Shown here: in pieces, positions 14,552-19,374 of the stretch
Layout of the letters: every line of letters begins with the position of its first letter
Position numbering within the stretch: position 1 is the stretch's first letter
Source: Candidatus Nanohaloarchaea archaeon
GTDB lineage: Archaea > Nanohalarchaeota > Nanosalinia > Nanosalinales > Nanosalinaceae
DNA: 19,374 bases
Direction of reading: 5' to 3'
NCBI GenBank assembly: GCA_042218075.1
Contig: JBDGRK010000032.1
Span: forward strand, 1 to 19,374
Translations under genes and position numbers: made by a program
Notes under the pieces: generated by a model
What the model was told of the DNA's origin: nothing
The model's input: the letters and a program-made list of their open reading frames with translations, nothing else
Databases searched by the model: none

Positions 14552-16045
14552 TCAGTTTAAATCGGTTAAAAGTGCCCTGAGCACTTCTCTGTCAACCTCG
14601 TCGAATATCCTCCATACCGACACTGAGTAGAGAAGCAGAACAAGAAAATTCGCAGTCAGTGAAAGTTTCAGGGGCATAATTCTGAACAGCCTAAATATTG
14701 TAAGAGTCATAACAGCGCCCAGTGAAAATACTTTAAGGTGCCTCAGACTGAAAGGCTGCATACCCTCCCTCAGGTAGAGCAGAAAGAGTTCCGCCACGTT
14801 GTTTAAAATGTAGGAAGCAGTGTAGGCAATTGCCAGCCCTAGAAGGCCGTATTCAATTGTCATGAAAGTCGTGATTCCAAGTATGATTAAAGTAAGGAAG
14901 AACTGCATGAGCGACTTCACTCTCTGGTTGTCAGTCATGGAGAGCAGGAGCCCGACGCTACCAATAGTACTTGCAGTAAACTGTCCCATAACTACAATTG
15001 GAAGAATCAACGCGTACCTTGCGTACTCCGGCGAGAAAACCTCGAGTATGTGTAGATTGTAAACCGCTATTAAGACAGTTATCGGAAGATTCAGTGAAAG
15101 GATCAGCACCGTGGTTCTGCGGTAGAGCTGATTTATGGAGGATAGCCTGCCCTGGTCGTATAGCTTCGTGGCTATGGGCGGAAATATCTGGTTGACGGAC
15201 TTAAGCGGCCACCTCGCCAAGGCGCTTATAGCGATCGAGACGCCGAATACACCTGCCTCAACCGGTTTGAGAAAAACGGCCATGAATACGAAGAACACGT
15301 GGAACTGCACTGAAACCATTGCTGAATTAAGGGTTGAGAAAAGGCTGTAATCCAGGAAATCCAAGAGGTCCTTTCTATCCGCATCAAGAGAAGGGATCGA
15401 GTAATCGCTGTATCTGTAGAGAAAGAGAATCCCTGTTAGACTCGCAAGACCAAACGCCAGAACCACGGAGGACCATAACGCGAGAGCTGATGAAGACACT
15501 AATAGAACTGTTAGGAGAACAATCATGAGTTTGAGAAGAGGCCCAATTACCTGCCTCAGAAGGTTATAGATCCTGATCCTCCCCATCGACTTGAAGTAGT
15601 TGACCGAAACGAAGAAGAAAGAGGAGAAAAACAGGTTCACCGCGAAGAGGTATATCAGTAACTCGTGGGAAGATTCCAGCAGCGTGTTGGCGATTATGAA
15701 GTCCCTGAAGAACACGACCAGAAGCCCTAAAACAAGAGAGAACAAGCTGAAAATTCCCAAGCTGGTGGTTAAAACCAGGTTTCTTGAAGTGAGGCTGTAG
15801 CGCGGAAGGGACCTCTGTCCTCCGACCAGCAACCCGAAAAACATGAACCTCACGAAGTTCGTCATTCTTTCAAAGACCGTTAGAACTCCATAAACAGCCG
15901 GACCAGCGAAGAAGTTTATTACATACGCGAAAACTGTCAGGAAGATTCTCCTGAGAGATAGAGAGAAAAAAGTGATTCCAGCACCGTCCACGACATCCCT
16001 GAAAAGCTTTTCTACCTCTTCACTCTCAAGTTTTTCCTCAGCCAT
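14552..16045 (-). CDS. MOP-superfamily flippase / polysaccharide exporter
   Basis: 497 aa with many TM segments; GPAVYG, AGVFGVS, IFPPIATKLY, YGLLGLAIA. Confidence 0.88.
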   Translation of the reverse strand: MAEEKLESEEVEKLFRDVVDGAGITFFSLSLRRIFLTVFAYVINFFAGPAVYGVLTVFERMTNFVRFMFFGLLVGGQRSLPRYSLTSRNLVLTTSLGIFSLFSLVLGLLVVFFRDFIIANTLLESSHELLIYLFAVNLFFSSFFFVSVNYFKSMGRIRIYNLLRQVIGPLLKLMIVLLTVLLVSSSALALWSSVVLAFGLASLTGILFLYRYSDYSIPSLDADRKDLLDFLDYSLFSTLNSAMVSVQFHVFFVFMAVFLKPVEAGVFGVSIAISALARWPLKSVNQIFPPIATKLYDQGRLSSINQLYRRTTVLILSLNLPITVLIAVYNLHILEVFSPEYARYALILPIVVMGQFTASTIGSVGLLLSMTDNQRVKSLMQFFLTLIILGITTFMTIEYGLLGLAIAYTASYILNNVAELFLLYLREGMQPFSLRHLKVFSLGAVMTLTIFRLFRIMPLKLSLTANFLVLLLYSVSVWRIFDEVDREVLRALLTDLN

Positions 16046-16076
16046 ATATAAAAATTCAGAGCAGTCAATTTAAGCT

Positions 16077-16502
16077 ATGGTAGAACATGATACTTGTTTC
16101 CCTGAACCGGTTACCGGCGCTCTGATACTTAATGAGAAGGATGAGATATTCCTGATGAAGTCTCCGAAGTGGGATGGACAGTGGCTCGTTCCCGGAGGCC
16201 ACGTCGAGAAGGGTGAAAGGATTGAGGAATGTGTAAAGAGAGAAGTTGAAGAGGAAGTAGGTCTGGAAGTAGATGATATAGAACTTGTAACTGTGCTGGA
16301 AGGCATGCCGGAGAGGTTCGAGAGGGATACTCACTTTATATTTCTGAACTACTCCTGCAGAGCTGGTGAAAAGGAAGTGGAGCTTGACGAGGAAGAAGCA
16401 GTAGATTATGTCTGGATGGATCCCAAAGAAGCCTTGGAAAGCGAGAAGGAAATAAATCAAAGTACGAGAAAGTTCATACAAGAATATCTGGAAAAAAGTT
16501 AG
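16077..16502 (+). CDS. NUDIX hydrolase
   Basis: Nudix box GGHVEKGERIEECVKREVEEEVG. Confidence 0.96.
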   Translation: MVEHDTCFPEPVTGALILNEKDEIFLMKSPKWDGQWLVPGGHVEKGERIEECVKREVEEEVGLEVDDIELVTVLEGMPERFERDTHFIFLNYSCRAGEKEVELDEEEAVDYVWMDPKEALESEKEINQSTRKFIQEYLEKS

Positions 16503-16506
16503 AACT

Positions 16507-16620
16507 GCGCCCAAGCCAGGGTAAGGTCGAAATATGAAGTACCAACCCGGCTGAAATCGCCGAGCCAACTTCACATTTCGGCAAACGCCCAGACCAGACT
16601 TAACAGGGCTTGTTGAACAC
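16507..16620 (-). ncRNA. Putative structured RNA of unknown class
   Basis: 13-bp stem CGAAAUGUGAAGU/ACUUCAUAUUUCG topped by UGGCUCGGC/GCCGGGUUG; possible closing stem GUGUUCAA/UUGGGCGC; the G-U pairs favour the minus strand. Confidence 0.55.
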
Positions 16621-16676
16621 CTTCTCTATTTCTTGGTTTTCTACAAGTAAAATATACATGATTTAGGTTTAAATTT

Positions 16677-16826
16677 ATGGTTATGAAGCTGCAGGTTCAA
16701 GGACCACACAGCCAGGCCAGAATCACAGTACCCAAAGCCATGCGGAACGCCAAAGGATGGAAAGATGGTCAGGAACTCGAATGGAAAATCAACAATAAAG
16801 GAAACCTGGAGCTGGAAGAGAAATAA
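16677..16826 (+). CDS. AbrB/MazE/SpoVT-family DNA-binding protein (49 aa)
   Basis: Not in the ORF track. MVMKLQVQGPHSQARITVPKAMRNAKGWKDGQELEWKINNKGNLELEEK matches the ITVPK...GW..G.EL pattern. The stop overlaps the next ATG. Confidence 0.85.
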   Translation: MVMKLQVQGPHSQARITVPKAMRNAKGWKDGQELEWKINNKGNLELEEK

Positions 16827-17510
16827 TGGCTGAAGAAATAGATACAGAATTCAATGTCTCTAAAGTAGTGTTAAGGCCTGAAAACTTCCTGGAGAAAGTA
16901 GCAAACAGGGAATGGGGTCAGGGAGATGTCGTGGTATTCGATGAGGCCGGAGCCGGAATGAGTGCCAAAGCCCACATGACCAAAAAGAACCGTATAATCG
17001 ACCAGGTACTCCAAACCTTCAGGCGTCAGAACATAGCTGTAATCTTTACAGTTCCTTCCAAGTCGAATGTGGATAAATCGGTCCGGAGACTGCTTCATAC
17101 CTATATCGAGACCAAGGGAATTGACTACAACAAGAAACAGAATCTCTTGAAGTGGCTGGAAATGGATTACAACCAGAAACAATAAAATATACTACAAGTA
17201 TAACAAGAAGAGAGATGAGAATGGAGCTGTCAAGAAGATAAAGACGGTGAAAGTCGGGAAACCAGATCAGGAATTGATTGACAGTTATGAGTCGAAAAGA
17301 TCACGTTTCCAGGATAGAAAGAATAAAGAGTTCTACAATGAGCTTCAGGAAAAGATGTCAGATCCTTCAAATGATGGCAGTGGGAAGAGTAAAAAACAAA
17401 AGATAAAGGAAGAAATTGAAGAGGAAGATGGTGAGACTTCAACTAAAGAATTGGCTAAAAAGTATGACACTGATCAGAGCTATGTCTCACAGATAAAAAA
17501 TCAGGTTTGA
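16826..17510 (+). pseudogene. Truncated, frameshifted virus/plasmid-type P-loop ATPase with C-terminal HTH
   Basis: Walker B VVVFDEAG and a downstream FRRQNIAVIFTVP strand are present but there is no Walker A. After a +1 shift near 17180 the frame stays open (NKIYYKY...) to STKELAKKYDTDQSYVSQIK. Confidence 0.7.
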
Positions 17511-17650
17511 CAGAAATAATTTAGTTTAGTATAAGAATCCAGTGTGTTCTAACTCAAGCTAAATACTAAAGAAGTACTCAGTTAACGGAATATTCCGGTA
17601 TAGGTCTCCATTTCATTATAAACCCAATTTGTCTAATCTTTGTAATCCAA

Positions 17651-17953
17651 ATGAAAGAAAACAAAATAAATGAAGCCGGAACGTGCTATAGAGCTGGAGG
17701 CCACCAAACCGTAGAAGACGGAAACGGAATCGAGATATGCATCAGATGCGGTGAAAAATCTGAACCAACTAATGCAGTAAACAGAAAAAATGGAAAAAGG
17801 AGAACTGGAAAAAAAGATCTATCACAGGAATAACTTGAAATCAAACTAAAGGAATTAGGATTCACTAACCTCAAACAATACACAGAAAAATATAATGAAA
17901 CCCACCAGGAAAAAGATCCTGGCAAGTTGCCTTTAAAAATTTCTAAAACATGA
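17651..17953 (+). pseudogene. Small Zn-finger-like protein, possibly with a premature stop
   Basis: C-x5-H...CIRC motif; TAA at 17831-17833 is followed by 39 more open in-frame codons (LEIKLKELGF...). Confidence 0.4.
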
Positions 17954-18035
17954 TTATAATTTAAAAGATAATTATCAACAGCTTCTACAATTGATTTGGT
18001 AAAATTTTATATTGAATAAATAAGTTATAGGTTTC

Positions 18036-18407
18036 ATGAATCACAACAAATTTGTTTCAGCGATAATTAAGGGGATTATCGGTTCCGGAATCGCTATCTT
18101 AATTACAGTACTATTTCACAGCTTTATTATATCGACTTCAGCACTTGAATGGGCTTTAATTGCAGTAACTATGGGATCTTTTTTCTCAGGATTCTTTGCC
18201 GAATATACCGATAAAATAGTATGTGAAGGGGAAGAAAACGATAGGAAAGATAATTATATTACTTTAGCATCGGTATTCTTCATTCTGGGAATAACGGATG
18301 TAATGGATAGTAGAATTGCTTCCGGTCTCTACGTTTTAGGCAGTATATTGTTCGGAATAGCAGCATACAGGGAATGGGAAGGAAATATTTCAGATTACCT
18401 AATTTAA
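18036..18407 (+). CDS. Hypothetical membrane protein (about 4 TM)
   Basis: Four hydrophobic segments in 123 aa. Confidence 0.75.
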   Translation: MNHNKFVSAIIKGIIGSGIAILITVLFHSFIISTSALEWALIAVTMGSFFSGFFAEYTDKIVCEGEENDRKDNYITLASVFFILGITDVMDSRIASGLYVLGSILFGIAAYREWEGNISDYLI

Positions 18408-18417
18408 TCGATATTTC

Positions 18418-19083
18418 ATGTGTGGCCGGAACTCACTATACGTTAATGGAAAAACTTTGAAGGAAAGATATTCAGCCTCTCTGGATATAGAATGGAGTAA
18501 ATCGTACAACATAGCTCCTGGAAACAGTCAGCCAGTGGTCAAAAAGAACTCTCCAAAGACCCTGGAAAGAATGAAATGGAACTTTATTCCTTCATTCGCT
18601 AAATCAGAAAAAGAGAAACGGAAATGGAGAAAAAGATCCTTGATCAATGCCAGAATTGAAACAGTTGAGGATAAAAACACGTTCAAGAAAAGCTTCCAGG
18701 AACGAAAATGTTTGATCCCATCCACAGGTTTCTACGAATGGAAAGATGAGGGAAACCCTAGGAAAACACCGTACCACATCCAACCAGGTAAAGGAAGAAT
18801 ATTCTCGATGGCCGGATTCTACAATGATGGAACTTTTGTAATCCTGACAAAGGATTCTGAAAACAGTGAAATGAGTGAGATCCACGACAGAACCCCTGTC
18901 ATACTGGAGCAAAGTATGGAAGATCCATATCTAAACGGTGAGGTTTCCAGGAAAGAGCTTGAAGATTCAAGCTATGATAACTTGGAGATTGAACAGGTTT
19001 CCAGAAAGGTCAATAATCCGGAAAATGATTCAAAGGATGTCCTAAAATTGGATTCACGTCAATCCAGTTTCCGAGACATGTGA
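18418..19083 (+). CDS. SOS response-associated peptidase (SRAP, YedK/HMCES family)
   Basis: N-terminal MCGR, YNIAP, INARIET, GFYEW, IHDRTPVIL, VSRKVN. Confidence 0.96.
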   Translation: MCGRNSLYVNGKTLKERYSASLDIEWSKSYNIAPGNSQPVVKKNSPKTLERMKWNFIPSFAKSEKEKRKWRKRSLINARIETVEDKNTFKKSFQERKCLIPSTGFYEWKDEGNPRKTPYHIQPGKGRIFSMAGFYNDGTFVILTKDSENSEMSEIHDRTPVILEQSMEDPYLNGEVSRKELEDSSYDNLEIEQVSRKVNNPENDSKDVLKLDSRQSSFRDM

Positions 19084-19098
19084 GCCAGAATTATATAA

Positions 19099-19236
19099 TT
19101 AGTCAGTTTCTTTCTCTATCCTGTCCTCATAGACATAGTAAATCTCCATATCAGCCTCAACCAGTAACGCCTCACCTTCCTTTCCAACTACGGACCCCTG
19201 GATCACCTCCCTGTAATCCACATCTTCAGTCATCAT
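19099..19236 (-). CDS. Hypothetical 45-aa acidic protein
   Basis: Not in the ORF track. MMTEDVDYREVIQGSVVGKEGEALLVEADMEIYYVYEDRIEKETD; starts 6 nt after the upstream stop. Confidence 0.5.
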   Translation of the reverse strand: MMTEDVDYREVIQGSVVGKEGEALLVEADMEIYYVYEDRIEKETD

Positions 19237-19242
19237 TAAGCA

Positions 19243-19374
19243 CTAAACTGTTTCAAGATCTGCTAATACAGATTTTGCACGTTTTTTCGAAAAGTTTCCG
19301 GTAAAAACGAACATATACTGCAGGTTATCTACATAGGTGGCAAAAATATGTACATTGCCTTCCTGGCCATATCT
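19243..19374 (-). CDS. 3' end of a hypothetical protein that starts outside the window
   Basis: Frame open from the window edge: RYGQEGNVHIFATYVDNLQYMFVFTGNFSKKRAKSVLADLETV*. Confidence 0.5.
   Translation of the reverse strand, partial: RYGQEGNVHIFATYVDNLQYMFVFTGNFSKKRAKSVLADLETV

Noticed and set aside
73-16574. Many long ORFs antisense to recognised genes (e.g. 73-732, 1875-2480, 7972-8415, 16065-16574)
   Set aside because: They are Ser/Phe/Leu-rich shadows of Glu/Lys/Arg-rich genes on the other strand and show no motifs.
16498-16604. Integron attC site
   Set aside because: The GTTRRR and RYYYAAC boxes are in the wrong order for attC and no integron integrase is present.
16520-16605. Hammerhead ribozyme (GGC-GUUU-GCC-GAAA followed by a long stem)
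   Set aside because: The required CUGANGA core is absent; the sequence reads CUGGUCUG.

Overview
Archaeal chromosome segment, most likely Candidatus Nanohaloarchaeota (DPANN), inferred from very acidic proteins, GGTG/GAGGTG Shine-Dalgarno sites, TATA-type promoters and an N-extended S14. Bases 1-10642 carry the S10/spc ribosomal cluster on the minus strand: L3-L4-L23-L2-S19-L22-S3-L29-aIF1-[orphan]-Rpp29-[opposite-strand insert of YdeN hydrolase and a low-GC orphan]-S17-L14-L24-S4e-L5-S14. After it come rtcB, archease, cmk, small genes, a MOP flippase and a NUDIX hydrolase. From about 16620 an AT-rich, decayed mobile-like island holds AbrB, a broken P-loop ATPase, a Zn-finger remnant and SRAP. 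Points of interest: (1) the same ~50-aa module ends both uL24 and uS3; (2) three unexplained structured RNA candidates at 2779-2893, 10643-10830 and 16507-16620; (3) two small repeat families sit in operon junctions and are spanned by mini-ORFs that could relay translational coupling; (4) a 15-bp direct repeat and a tRNA-3'-like scar flank the insert that splits the operon. All folds and alignments were done by eye and no searches were run.
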